Assembly: GCA_959018755.1 (NCBI GenBank)
Contig: CAUEMA010000004.1
Coordinates: 12,919 to 76,918 of the forward strand
DNA length: 64,000 bases
From: an uncultured Collinsella sp.
GTDB taxonomy: Bacteria; Actinomycetota; Coriobacteriia; Coriobacteriales; Coriobacteriaceae
Direction: 5' to 3'
The notes beneath the pieces are model-generated. The model made no database searches, had not been told where the DNA came from, and saw only the letters and a program-made list of their open reading frames with translations. Below, one piece after another: positions 50,540-60,101 of this stretch. Numbering within the stretch: position 1 is the first letter of the stretch; each line of letters starts with the position of its first letter. The translations under genes and the position numbers were made by a program.

Positions 50540-51235
50540 CTATGCCTGCTGCCAGGTGTCGACAAGCTCCTTGGCCGCGGCGTAGGGGTCGTCGGCACTG
50601 CAGACGGCGCTCACCACAAAGAAGCCGTCGACGCCGGTGGCCTTAAGCTGTGGCAGGTCGGCCGTCTTGACGCCGCCGCCCACCACGATGGGCACGGGGC
50701 TTGCCGCGTGGAGTGCGGCCAGATCCTCAAAACTTTTGGTGATGATGGAGCCATCGGCTGCGCGTCCGCAGTCGCGCTTGGTCTCGGTTTCGTGGAGCGG
50801 GCCGATGCCCAGGTAGTCGACCAGGCTCATGTCGGCGGTCTTGACGTACTCGAGCATCTCCTCGCAGCGGGCCGAAAGGCCCACGATGGCATCGGGGCCC
50901 AAAAGTTTGCGGCAGACCTCGACGGGAATATCGCTCTGGCCGACGTGCACGCCGTCGACAGCAATGCCCTGCTCACGCGCGGCGAGTACGCAGTCCAGGC
51001 GGTCGTCGATCAGCAGGGCGACCTGACCGGTCTTGCCGGCCTGTGCGATTGCCTGCGCGGCGTCGCCGGTCAGTGCGATGATCTCGCGGGCGCTTGCCAC
51101 CTTGGAGCGCACCTGGATGCAGGTAAAGCCTGCGTCGAGCGCCTGGGCCACCACATCGCCCACGGGACGCCCCAGCGTGTTTTCGGGGCCGAGTACCAGA
51201 TAGGCCGAGATATCAAGGTTGTCGCGGATGCTCAT
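50540..51235 (-). CDS. thiE: Thiamine-phosphate synthase
   Basis: IQVRSK, IDDR, GVHVGQSD, GLS, ETETK; in a TPP-regulated operon. Confidence 0.92.
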   Translation of the reverse strand: MSIRDNLDISAYLVLGPENTLGRPVGDVVAQALDAGFTCIQVRSKVASAREIIALTGDAAQAIAQAGKTGQVALLIDDRLDCVLAAREQGIAVDGVHVGQSDIPVEVCRKLLGPDAIVGLSARCEEMLEYVKTADMSLVDYLGIGPLHETETKRDCGRAADGSIITKSFEDLAALHAASPVPIVVGGGVKTADLPQLKATGVDGFFVVSAVCSADDPYAAAKELVDTWQQA

Positions 51236-51573
51236 CGTGCTTCCTCCTGCTTTTTGATTTGTGCTTCCATGCGCTCGAGCTTGCCGGTCATAGTGTCAGT
51301 AAATCCAGGTCGAATATCGGCTTTGAGCACGACTTCGGTGCGGACGCCCTTGCTCGCCAACACAAAGGTTGCGTCGCGCACGACCTGCATGACCTCGTCC
51401 CAGTCGCCCTCGATTTCGGTGAACATCGAGGTGGTGCGGTTGGGAAGGCCGCTCTCGCGAATAACACGCACGACCTCGGCGACCTCGGCGGACAGCTCAT
51501 CGCCGGTGCCGCATGGGGCGATGGCCACGGCGACGAGTGTGTTCATGCCGGTATTGGTTGCGGGCTCGGACAT
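51232..51573 (-). CDS. MTH1187/YkoF-family thiamine-binding protein
   Basis: VAIAP, IRESGL, TSMFTEIEGDWDEV, RT...K.DIR. Confidence 0.9.
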   Translation of the reverse strand: MSEPATNTGMNTLVAVAIAPCGTGDELSAEVAEVVRVIRESGLPNRTTSMFTEIEGDWDEVMQVVRDATFVLASKGVRTEVVLKADIRPGFTDTMTGKLERMEAQIKKQEEAR

Positions 51574-51576
51574 GGT

Positions 51577-52416
51577 TTATGCCTCCTCGAGCTCGAGTTG
51601 GTTATCGGCGATGTCTTGGGCGGTCGCGCGGTAGAGCTCGTCGATAAAGGCGACCTTAAAGCTTGCCGGGGCATCGGCGACAGCGGCGGCACGCGTGCCG
51701 GCAACGTTGTAGACGGCGGTGCCGCAGATGGCTGCCGTAAACGGATCGGTAGCGCAGGCGTACACGGCCAGCACACCGCCCTGCGAGCAGCCGCAGCCGG
51801 TAATCTTGGACATGAGCGGGCTGCCGCCGTGGGACTTGGCCACCGTCGTGCCGTCGGTAATCAGGTCGACTTCGCCCGAGACCACTACGGCACCGCCGGT
51901 GTAGCGAGCGAGCGCCACGGCGGCATCGCGGGCGGCATCTACCGTGTCGGTGGTATCGACACCGCGTACGCGGCTCAGATCAGCCGCCTCGCCCTCAAGA
52001 CCCCACAGACCGGCGAGCGCGATGATCTCGGAGGCGTTGCCACGCACGATGGCGGGCTTGCACTGCTTGAGCTCGTTTACCAACTGGGTGCGCAGGCTAC
52101 CGATGCCCAGACCCACCGGATCGAGCACCCAGGGCTTGCCGGCGTCGTGTGCCGCCTTGGCCGCGCGGGGAATCGTCTGTTCGTAGATGGGGAAGAGCGT
52201 GCCCATGTTGAGATAGATGGCACCGCCGCCGGCAACGAGCGCCTCGCCCTCGTCGGGCAGATAGACCATGGCGGCCGAACCGCCCACGGCGAGCTGCGCG
52301 TTGGCGACAAAGTCGATCGTCACCGTGTTGGTGATGGAGCCGGCCATCGGATTGGTGGCGCGAATCTCATCCACGGCCTTGACCACATTTTGCTTAAGCT
52401 GTTCCGAATCAATCAC
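51577..52416 (-). CDS. thiM: Hydroxyethylthiazole kinase
   Basis: ITNTV, NMGT, WVLDPVG, RGNASEI, ITGCGC; GTG start behind AAGGAG. Confidence 0.93.
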   Translation of the reverse strand: MIDSEQLKQNVVKAVDEIRATNPMAGSITNTVTIDFVANAQLAVGGSAAMVYLPDEGEALVAGGGAIYLNMGTLFPIYEQTIPRAAKAAHDAGKPWVLDPVGLGIGSLRTQLVNELKQCKPAIVRGNASEIIALAGLWGLEGEAADLSRVRGVDTTDTVDAARDAAVALARYTGGAVVVSGEVDLITDGTTVAKSHGGSPLMSKITGCGCSQGGVLAVYACATDPFTAAICGTAVYNVAGTRAAAVADAPASFKVAFIDELYRATAQDIADNQLELEEA

Positions 52417-52438
52417 TGCACATGACTCCTTGGCATAG

Positions 52439-52470
52439 AAAAGGGGCGCTGTGCATAGACAGCGCCCCTG
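52439..52470 (-). terminator. Attenuator terminator of the TPP riboswitch
   Basis: aggggcgctgt/acagcgcccct followed by TTTCT on the minus strand, between aptamer and RBS. Confidence 0.8.
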
Positions 52471-52480
52471 TAAAGGCGGC

Positions 52481-52572
52481 ATGCTCCCTACGCCAGCATT
52501 AACTGACAGGTTCAAAGGATTGGGCCCCATGCCCTCTCAGCCTTGTGGCTTGCACCGCCGGCACTCCCGCAT
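52481..52572 (-). ncRNA. TPP riboswitch
   Basis: Minus strand GGGAGTGC...GGCTGAGA...GAACCTGTCAGTTAATGCTGGCGTAGGGA, upstream of thiM. Confidence 0.95.
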
Positions 52573-52599
52573 CGAATCTGCTGTTCCCTATACTAGCGC

Positions 52600-52634
52600 A
52601 CCTGCCAATAAGGGACAGGTTTATTTTGGCAGGT
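52600..52634. repeat. REP-like palindrome family C
   Basis: acctgccaataagggacaggtttattttggcaggt. Confidence 0.7.
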
Positions 52635-52671
52635 CGTTACAATAGGTAGGAACGATACGAATGGGGGTCTT

Positions 52672-53580
52672 ATGATTAAACTTGTACTGACCGATATGGA
52701 CGATACGCTGATTCCGGCCGGGCATGACGGCGCCAGCGACTACGCCATCGAGGGTATTCATGCCATGCAGGCGGCGGGTCTGCACTTTGGCCCGGTTTCG
52801 GGTCGTCAGCCGTCCGCGATGGGCTGGATGTTCCGCAATCGCGCCGAGTGCTTCTCGACCGGCGCGTTCTGTAACGGCCAGGTCATGTTTGTGGACGGCG
52901 AGGCGGTAGCCTCGCATGCGACCGACAACGCCGCCCTTATGCGCTTGGCTGACTACTTAGAGCAGGAGACCGACGATACGTATCTGAAGCTCTACGGCCT
53001 GGGTGATGACTTTTGGGGTAACGATGCCTACTGCGCGACGAGCGATCCCGAGCGCGTGCGTCGCGCCATGGAGTCGGGCGGCAACGCGTGGCTCAAAGGC
53101 GAAGAGGCCCCGTGCCGTCCCGTCGTCGATGATGCGCCGGTGTTTAAGGCGAATATTTGGAGTGCCCGTTCACGTGAGGAGCTCGTGGAGCTACGCGAGC
53201 GCGTTGCCGCCGAGGTGCCGGAGCTCTCGCTTGTGTTTCCCAACAACCGTGTGCGCCTATTCGATATTCTCCCGGCCGGTTGGGACAAGGGCTGCGCCGC
53301 CTTGGAGCTGGCGCGTGCCCTGGGTCTGACGCCTGATGAGGTGGCCGTATTTGGCGATTCCGATAACGATCTGCCCATGATCGGTGCCGTTCCCAACTCC
53401 GTTGCAGTCGCCAATGCCAACGAGGCCGTCACGGCTGCCGCGCGCTGGCATATCGGCGCTGCGGCAGACGATGCGGTTGCCGGGGCTCTGCATCAGATTG
53501 CCGCCTGCGCCGCGACGGGGGAGATGCCGCCGTTTATGCGTCAGATGGATGCGACGGGTTTCGACGTCACGAACGTCTAG
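52672..53580 (+). CDS. Cof-type HAD hydrolase
   Basis: DMDDTL, SGR, DKG, FGDSDND. Confidence 0.92.
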   Translation: MIKLVLTDMDDTLIPAGHDGASDYAIEGIHAMQAAGLHFGPVSGRQPSAMGWMFRNRAECFSTGAFCNGQVMFVDGEAVASHATDNAALMRLADYLEQETDDTYLKLYGLGDDFWGNDAYCATSDPERVRRAMESGGNAWLKGEEAPCRPVVDDAPVFKANIWSARSREELVELRERVAAEVPELSLVFPNNRVRLFDILPAGWDKGCAALELARALGLTPDEVAVFGDSDNDLPMIGAVPNSVAVANANEAVTAAARWHIGAAADDAVAGALHQIAACAATGEMPPFMRQMDATGFDVTNV

Positions 53581-53590
53581 GGAGAAAGCT

Positions 53591-54487
53591 ATGAAGCTTC
53601 AGCAGCTCAGGTATGTCGTCAAAGTTGCCGAATGCGGCAGCATCACCGAGGCCTCGCGCCGGCTCTTTGTGTCGCAGCCTTCGATTACCGCATCGATCCG
53701 CGATCTCGAAAACGAGATGGGTGTGCATATCTTTGAGCGCACCAACAAGGGCGTCATTGTGTCCGAGGAAGGCGAGACCTTCTTGGGCTACGCGCGCCAG
53801 GTGCTCGACCAGGCCGACCTGCTCGAGGGCAAGTACAAGGGCGCGTCCGAGCAGGTGCCGCACTTTAGTGTGAGCTGCCAGCATTATTCCTTTGCCGTTA
53901 ATGCGTTTGTCGATGTGATCCGTGAGTTCGATGCCGCGCGCTACGACTTTACCCTGCGCGAGGAACAGACTCACGAGATTATCGAGGACGTCGCGCATAT
54001 GAAAAGCGAGCTCGGCATCCTGTATCTATCGGAGCACAATCGCGAGGTCATCGAGCGCATGCTCGCCGCCAACGAGCTCGTATTCGAGGGACTCTTCTGC
54101 GCCGCGCCGCATGTCTTTGTATGCGCCGACCATCCACTGGCGGACCGCGCCAGCGTGACGCTCGAAGATCTCGAGGACTATCCGTTTTTGTCCTACGAGC
54201 AGGGCAGCTACAACTCGTTTTACTATTCCGAGGAACTGACCTCGACCTTTGAGCGCCGCAAGAATATCCGCGTGCGCGACCGTGCGACGTTGTTCAATCT
54301 GGCCATGGGCCTTAACGGCTACACGGTGTGTTCGGGCGTGATCAGCCATGAACTTAACGGCCCCGGTATTATCTCCATTCCGCTTGATGTAGACGAGTAC
54401 ATGGAGATCGGCATCATTACGCGCAAAAATACGACGCTCACGCGCTACGGCCAAGCTTATATCGACGCGATTCGTCAGCACATCTAG
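53591..54487 (+). CDS. LysR-family regulator (MtaR/CysL-like)
   Basis: MKLQQLRY...GSITEASRRLFVSQPS; SCQHYSF; adjacent to the metE-II gene. Confidence 0.92.
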   Translation: MKLQQLRYVVKVAECGSITEASRRLFVSQPSITASIRDLENEMGVHIFERTNKGVIVSEEGETFLGYARQVLDQADLLEGKYKGASEQVPHFSVSCQHYSFAVNAFVDVIREFDAARYDFTLREEQTHEIIEDVAHMKSELGILYLSEHNREVIERMLAANELVFEGLFCAAPHVFVCADHPLADRASVTLEDLEDYPFLSYEQGSYNSFYYSEELTSTFERRKNIRVRDRATLFNLAMGLNGYTVCSGVISHELNGPGIISIPLDVDEYMEIGIITRKNTTLTRYGQAYIDAIRQHI

Positions 54488-54533
54488 ACTGCTGCGTCCT
54501 GTACAGGTCAAATCTCTTTATGGCAGTCCCAAC

Positions 54534-54556
54534 TGATATAGGAAGCATCTATATCA
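54534..54556 (+). promoter_or_regulatory. Probable LysR operator
   Basis: TGATATAG-N7-CTATATCA palindrome upstream of the metE-II gene. Confidence 0.65.
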
Positions 54557-54642
54557 AACTGTTATAAACATATATTTTACGATGGCCATATGAGCGCTCA
54601 TACTCTGTCCCAGTAAAGCAACCAATGCAAAGGGAGATATCT

Positions 54643-55776
54643 ATGAGCACTTCGATTCAACCGAACGCGCCGTTTCGCGCCGATATCGTCGGCAGCTTTC
54701 TTCGTCCGCAGGCTGTAAAGGACGCCCGTGCCGCCTATGTCGCGGGTAAACTCGACGCTTCCGGCCTTAAGGCCGTCGAGGACGAGGCCATCCACGACTT
54801 AGTGGCCAAGCAGAAGGCTGCCGGCCTGCAGGTTATCACCGATGGCGAGTTCCGCCGCAGCTACTGGCACCTCGACTTTATGTGGGGGCTCAACGGCATT
54901 GTACGCCGTACCTCGCGTACGGGCTATATGTTCCACGACGAGGAGACTACGGCTGATACCGCCGTGGTGACCGGCCCTATCAGCGGCGAGAATCACCCCT
55001 TCGTCGAGCACTTCAAGTTTGTTAAGGCGCTCGAGGGCGAGGGTCAGGTCGCGCGCCAAACCATTCCAGCACCGATCCAGACGTTCTCTGAGGTCACGCT
55101 CGATCGCTGCGACGGCCAGCAGGAGAGCCTGCGCGCTGTCTATAAGACCGATGAGGAGCTTGCCGATGCCATTGCAGCCGCTTATCGCACGGTGATCGCC
55201 GACCTGTACGCAGCAGGCTGCCGCAACATCCAGTTTGATGACTGCACCTGGGGCATCTACTGCGATACCGATTTTGTCGCCAAAACCGGCATGAGCCCGG
55301 TCGACCTGCAAAAGGTAAGCGAGCTGGGCGTGGCGCTCAACAACGCCGCCATCGAGGGCAAGCCCGACGACCTGGTCATTAACACGCACGTGTGCCGTGG
55401 TAACTACCACTCTACCTATGCCTTCGAGGGCGGCTATGACCCCATCGCGCCGTACCTGTTCGCACGCGAGGATGTCGACGCATTTTACCTGGAGTTCGAT
55501 ACGCCGCGCGCCGGTGGCTTTGAGCCGCTCAAGTACGTTGCTCCCGGCAAGAAGGTCGTGTTGGGCCTGGTGACCACCAAGGCCGCTGAGCTTGAGGACG
55601 AGGATGCCATCGTCGAGCGTATTCACGAGGCTGCAAAGTATGTTCCGCTCGAGAACCTGTATCTGTCGCCCCAGTGCGGCTTTGCCAGCTGTGAGATTGG
55701 CAACAAGCTGACCGAGGACGAGCAATGGGCGAAGATCGCGCTGGTCAAGCGTATTGCCGAGCGTGTCTGGAAGTAG
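54643..55776 (+). CDS. Cobalamin-independent methionine synthase II family (YxjH-like)
   Basis: ADIVGSFLRP, TDGEFRR, HVCRGN, YLEFD, SPQCGFAS. Confidence 0.92.
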   Translation: MSTSIQPNAPFRADIVGSFLRPQAVKDARAAYVAGKLDASGLKAVEDEAIHDLVAKQKAAGLQVITDGEFRRSYWHLDFMWGLNGIVRRTSRTGYMFHDEETTADTAVVTGPISGENHPFVEHFKFVKALEGEGQVARQTIPAPIQTFSEVTLDRCDGQQESLRAVYKTDEELADAIAAAYRTVIADLYAAGCRNIQFDDCTWGIYCDTDFVAKTGMSPVDLQKVSELGVALNNAAIEGKPDDLVINTHVCRGNYHSTYAFEGGYDPIAPYLFAREDVDAFYLEFDTPRAGGFEPLKYVAPGKKVVLGLVTTKAAELEDEDAIVERIHEAAKYVPLENLYLSPQCGFASCEIGNKLTEDEQWAKIALVKRIAERVWK

Positions 55777-55898
55777 CAGTAGCGTTCGCAGGTGACGGCG
55801 CGTGCGAGACATGGCGTATCGCGTACAATGGTTCGGATCGTATCGTTCGGGCAGGTTATCCGATATGCCCGATCGCCCTTCCATTCGAAAGGACTCAC

Positions 55899-57233
55899 AT
55901 GTCCCAGCCTTCGACGCCCGTTGCCGCCGATGCCATCTACGACGCATCGTCGCTCGGCCGCCCGCGCATGTTCCTGCTCGGCCTACAGCACCTGTTTGCC
56001 ATGTTTGGCGCCACCGTGCTGGTGCCCGTGCTCACCGGTCTCTCGGTTTCGGCGACGCTTTTGTTTGCCGGCTTGGGCACGCTGCTGTTCCACTTCCTGT
56101 CGCGCGGTAAGGTGCCGGCATTCCTGGGGTCGTCGTTTGCCTTTATCGCAGGTTATGCCGCCATCGCGCCCAACGGCGAGACCGAGCTTTTGCCCTACGC
56201 CTGCCTGGGCGTAGCCTGCGCCGGTCTGCTCTATCCGGTGCTGGCGGCCCTGTTCCGCGCCTTTGGCGCCAAGCGCGTCATGCGCTTCTTCCCACCGGTG
56301 GTGACTGGCCCTATCGTCATTTCGATCGGTCTGATCCTGGCAAGCTCCGCCATTGCCAACTGCCAGACCAATTGGCTTGTCGCCGTTATCGCTGTTGCAG
56401 TGATCGTCATCTGCAACATCTGGGGCCGCGGCATGGTCAAAATCGTGCCGATCCTGCTGGGCGTCGTGGTGAGCTATGCCGTTGCGGCCGCGTTGGGTGA
56501 GGTCGATTTCTCTGGTGTCGCAGCCGCGCCGTGGGTCGGTCTTCCCATCGTGTGGAACAACACCGTGTTTGCGCTCTTTGGTCCGCAGTTTGATAGCGGC
56601 CTCGCCACGACGGCCATCATCACCATCATGCCGCTGGCCTTTGCAACTATGATCGAGCATATCGGTGATATTTCCGCTATTGGCTCCACCTGCGAGCGCA
56701 ACTACATTGCCGATCCCGGTCTGCACCGCACGCTGCTCGGTGATGGTCTTGCCACGATTCTGGCTTCGCTCTTTGGCGCTCCGGCCAACACCACGTATGG
56801 TGAGAACACCGGCGTGCTTGCCCTGACGCGCGTGTTCGATCCGCGCGTGATTCGCATTGCCGCGTGCTGCGCTATCGTGCTTTCGTTCTGCCCCAAGTTC
56901 GCTGCCGTGATTGCCGCCATGCCGGCATGCGTTATCGGCGGCGTGTCGCTCGTGCTTTACGGCATGATCAGCACTGTGGGCGTCCGCAACCTCATCGAGA
57001 ACCAGGTCGATTTCCAGAACAACCGCAACGTGCTTGTGGCCGCTCTGGTGCTCGTGCTTTCACTCGGCATTGCTTACAGCACTGCCGGTGCCATCGTGCT
57101 GGAGCTGGGCGGCGTGACGATTTCGCTTTCCGGTCTTGCCGTGGGCTCGCTGGTTGGCATCGTGCTCAACGCAATTCTGCCCGGCAACGACTTTGAGTTT
57201 GCCGTTTCTGAACTCGAGGAGACTGTCGAGTAG
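55899..57233 (+). CDS. NCS2 uracil/xanthine permease (UraA/PyrP-like)
   Basis: QHLFAMFGAT, LGSSFAF, EHIGD, TTYGENTG. Confidence 0.93.
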   Translation: MSQPSTPVAADAIYDASSLGRPRMFLLGLQHLFAMFGATVLVPVLTGLSVSATLLFAGLGTLLFHFLSRGKVPAFLGSSFAFIAGYAAIAPNGETELLPYACLGVACAGLLYPVLAALFRAFGAKRVMRFFPPVVTGPIVISIGLILASSAIANCQTNWLVAVIAVAVIVICNIWGRGMVKIVPILLGVVVSYAVAAALGEVDFSGVAAAPWVGLPIVWNNTVFALFGPQFDSGLATTAIITIMPLAFATMIEHIGDISAIGSTCERNYIADPGLHRTLLGDGLATILASLFGAPANTTYGENTGVLALTRVFDPRVIRIAACCAIVLSFCPKFAAVIAAMPACVIGGVSLVLYGMISTVGVRNLIENQVDFQNNRNVLVAALVLVLSLGIAYSTAGAIVLELGGVTISLSGLAVGSLVGIVLNAILPGNDFEFAVSELEETVE

Positions 57234-57253
57234 AAGTTGTGTTCAGCTAAATC

Positions 57254-57292
57254 AAAAAATGGCGCCCGTGCGTACGCGTGGGCGCCATTTTT
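57254..57292. terminator. Bidirectional intrinsic terminator
   Basis: aaaaaatggcgccc/gggcgccattttt. Confidence 0.85.
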
Positions 57293-57956
57293 AATGCGTC
57301 AGTATCCAGCGTATGCCACGCGCCATTCGTAGATCGGTTTGGGCAAAGTGATTGCCGGGGTTGAGTTCCATCGTTGTTGGGATGCCGCGCTCGATGAGTA
57401 GCTCTTCCATTGCGCGCGTGTCGTCGAGTACGTGTCTCATCATGCGGTTGGGCGTCTTGGTTTCTTTTTTGCCGAGTGACAGATAGACAGCTTGTGGGCT
57501 GCCGGCAAATGGCGCCGTGCTGGCGCGATCGACATAGTCGGGAAACCATAGCGACCCCGATGCGCTCGCGATGCGGTCAAAGGCGTCGGTTTGCCAGAGG
57601 GACCAGAGCGCGAAGAGGCCCGCGAGCGAGTAGCCGGCAATGCCGCGCCAGGTGGGCGGCAGTGGGAGCGATAATTCGACCTTTAGGATTATCCGGTTCA
57701 GCAGTTCATCGAGAAATCCGGACGCCTGCCCACCGAAAGGTTCGGCATCGCGTACGGTCCCGTCGCATGCCCAGGGGCTCAGCTCGCGATTCCAATCGAG
57801 CCCGCCAATGGCGACGAGGGTGAATGGCGGGCAGCCGAGCTCAAGACAACGGTTGTAGACCTCGCTGCCGTCGCCCATGACTACGGGGAGGTAGATGACA
57901 GGTACGCTTTCCGCATGATTCGAATAGACGGTTATCTGCTTTCGATGCGCTTCCAT
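57291..57956 (-). CDS. Alpha/beta hydrolase (esterase)
   Basis: GYSLAG nucleophile elbow, SGSLWF, GNHF. Confidence 0.88.
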   Translation of the reverse strand: MEAHRKQITVYSNHAESVPVIYLPVVMGDGSEVYNRCLELGCPPFTLVAIGGLDWNRELSPWACDGTVRDAEPFGGQASGFLDELLNRIILKVELSLPLPPTWRGIAGYSLAGLFALWSLWQTDAFDRIASASGSLWFPDYVDRASTAPFAGSPQAVYLSLGKKETKTPNRMMRHVLDDTRAMEELLIERGIPTTMELNPGNHFAQTDLRMARGIRWILTH

Positions 57957-58171
57957 GGCCTGCTTCTCTCAGCGTTGTGATATCGACGGTCCCAATTGTC
58001 GCACGCTGGCACATATAGGTTGGGCTGCATTAAGAATAATCGCATACGCACCGCGTGAGCACAAACAGGAAGACGCCACCGCCGGAGGGGAGCTCGACGG
58101 TGGCGTTGCTAAACGGTGTGCAGGCTAGCACTTCTGTGGGTGCCGTCCCGTGCGTTAAAGGCCAAAGGCGT

Positions 58172-59956
58172 CTATGAACGCTTGCGGCTCACCACGGCGC
58201 CTGCGGCGATGGCGGCTGTTCCCGCAAGGGTGGCTGCCACGATGGCTGCGCTCGAGGCGTCGCCGGTTGCCGCGAGTTTGCCGGCGATCTTGGCTCCCGT
58301 GGCTGCAACTGCAACGGTCTTGGTTGTCTTCGTGCCCTCGGACTTGGAGCCCTCGGGCTTGGTCTCGCCGGGCTTCTCCTCGGGTTTGGTCTCCTCGGGA
58401 GGCACGATGACCGTGCTCTTGGCGACGGCTGCATCGTAGGGGGAGTCGATCGTGGCGTCGCCCGTGCCGATGGTTTGACCTGCCTCGTAGGAGATGCTGG
58501 GGCCGTACTCTTCTTCGTAGCGATAGTTAATGATCTTGCCGCCTGCGGGCGTCTGGATGGGAGCGCCTTCGATCTCGATGGTGCCAATCGCCTTGCCATC
58601 CTCGCTTATGGCAAGAGCGAAGATTGCCGCCGTGTCTCCCTCGGCCGTGAGCTTGCTGCGGACGATCGAGATACTCGCGGGCGTGATGCCCTCGTAGGTC
58701 TGGGCGAAGATACCGATGTTCAGACCCCTAGGCTCAGGGATGACCGCGCCGCTTTGGTCGTTGCTGTAGTGATCGGGGCCATCGCCACCGGTCTCGATAT
58801 AGCGGGCTATAGCCTTAACAACGGAGTCGCTGATGTAGATGTGGCCGCCAGCGACGTTTGGCTGGTGGTTTCTGGTAGAGATTGCAACCGAGAATTTGCC
58901 TTCCGCGAACGCGTCCACGATGGAACCATTCTTGATGACGATGTCGTCCCCGTCGGTGATGAGGGCGATGGCCTGGCCGCCACTCGCGCTTGTACGGACC
59001 GTCACGGTTGCGCCATCGAGCGTGATGCCCTTGTAGGCATAGACACCATATTCAACACCGCTTGCGTCAAGGGAGGCGTTCGTGATCGCGAGACTGCCCT
59101 CAGCGTCGACGGCAAGATCTCCCTCGGCGTTCGCCTTGACCTGGCTGCCGCCCGAGATGTTGATGCCGTCTTCAGCCCAAATCGCCGCTTCTTCTATCGA
59201 GCTTGCTTCTACCTTGCCACCGCCTTTGATGATGATGTCATTGCCCGCGGCGACGCCGTAACCTTCGCCTCCTTTAGCGATCACTGTGCCAGAGGAATCG
59301 ATGGTGGTCTTGCCCTTGGATTGGATACCTTCGGTACTGCCCGTTGCATTCACGGTGCCCGAGCCCGTGATAGAGAGGTCGCCCTTTGCCTCAATTCCGT
59401 CGGAAGTGGTGCTTGTGGTGTTCACGGTGCCTGGGCCAGAAATGGAGAGGTCGCCTGTGGATTTAATTGCATCGGCCTCGGCTGTCGCATTGAGCTCATC
59501 CGTGCTATTCGAGCTCGTTATGTTCAACTCCGCTTTCTGGTTAGTGCCATCCTGCGCTTTGATGGCGGCTCCGGTGTAATCGGGCTCGGTTTTCACGGTG
59601 TTCTTGCCCTCGTACGCAATGTTGAGCTTGCCCGCGGCCTTGATCTCGCCGCCGTTATAGCCGTTGAGCTTCATGTCATCGGCGCCGTCCCAGCTCCAGG
59701 TGCCGGCCTCGTCGCCTGCCGCGGTGCCGGCATTGTACTGGGTGCCGCCGACGTCCACCCACTCCGCCGCGAGCGAGACGCTCGGCATGAGCAGCGAGCT
59801 CACCGTGAGCGCGCAGGCCAGGCCGCAGACGATGCGGCGGGTCACGCGGCGCCAGCTGCCGTGTGCGAGCAGCGTGCGACGGCGCACGTCGGGCTCGACA
59901 AAATGGGCTCCAGAGGTTTTGTCATTGCGCTTGGGGGTCGTGAACAAGGCGGCCAT
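58172..59956 (-). CDS. Sortase-anchored surface protein with beta-helix-like repeats (putative carbohydrate-binding)
   Basis: Signal ending SLA-AE; repeats of the type DGIEAKGDLSITGSGTVNA; ETKPE linker; LAATG + TM + RKRS. Confidence 0.85.
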   Translation of the reverse strand: MAALFTTPKRNDKTSGAHFVEPDVRRRTLLAHGSWRRVTRRIVCGLACALTVSSLLMPSVSLAAEWVDVGGTQYNAGTAAGDEAGTWSWDGADDMKLNGYNGGEIKAAGKLNIAYEGKNTVKTEPDYTGAAIKAQDGTNQKAELNITSSNSTDELNATAEADAIKSTGDLSISGPGTVNTTSTTSDGIEAKGDLSITGSGTVNATGSTEGIQSKGKTTIDSSGTVIAKGGEGYGVAAGNDIIIKGGGKVEASSIEEAAIWAEDGINISGGSQVKANAEGDLAVDAEGSLAITNASLDASGVEYGVYAYKGITLDGATVTVRTSASGGQAIALITDGDDIVIKNGSIVDAFAEGKFSVAISTRNHQPNVAGGHIYISDSVVKAIARYIETGGDGPDHYSNDQSGAVIPEPRGLNIGIFAQTYEGITPASISIVRSKLTAEGDTAAIFALAISEDGKAIGTIEIEGAPIQTPAGGKIINYRYEEEYGPSISYEAGQTIGTGDATIDSPYDAAVAKSTVIVPPEETKPEEKPGETKPEGSKSEGTKTTKTVAVAATGAKIAGKLAATGDASSAAIVAATLAGTAAIAAGAVVSRKRS

Positions 59957-60017
59957 GGTTACTCCCATCCTCATAGGGCCTATGCGATTACGTCCAGCAT
60001 ATCTGCAGGATGTAGCC

Positions 60018-60052
60018 GGCGGTAGTGCCGTTTGGAGGGCAAAATGTCCAAA
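60018..60052 (-). promoter_or_regulatory. Conserved operator/promoter block, copy 2
   Basis: Matches 2218-2252 at 30/35 positions. Confidence 0.7.
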
Positions 60053-60101
60053 ATTCGGGAAACAATACATCGCGCGCCCGTGCTCTGCCCGCCTTTAAAA
60101 G

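Noticed and set aside
51577..52530. thiM start at 52530
   Set aside because: It would lie inside the TPP aptamer; the GTG at 52416 has an SD.
57960..58170. ncRNA or tracrRNA-like sequence in the intergenic gap
   Set aside because: Only one clear hairpin (gacgccaccg/cggtggcgtt), explicable as the terminator of the surface-protein gene; no anti-repeat or known motif.
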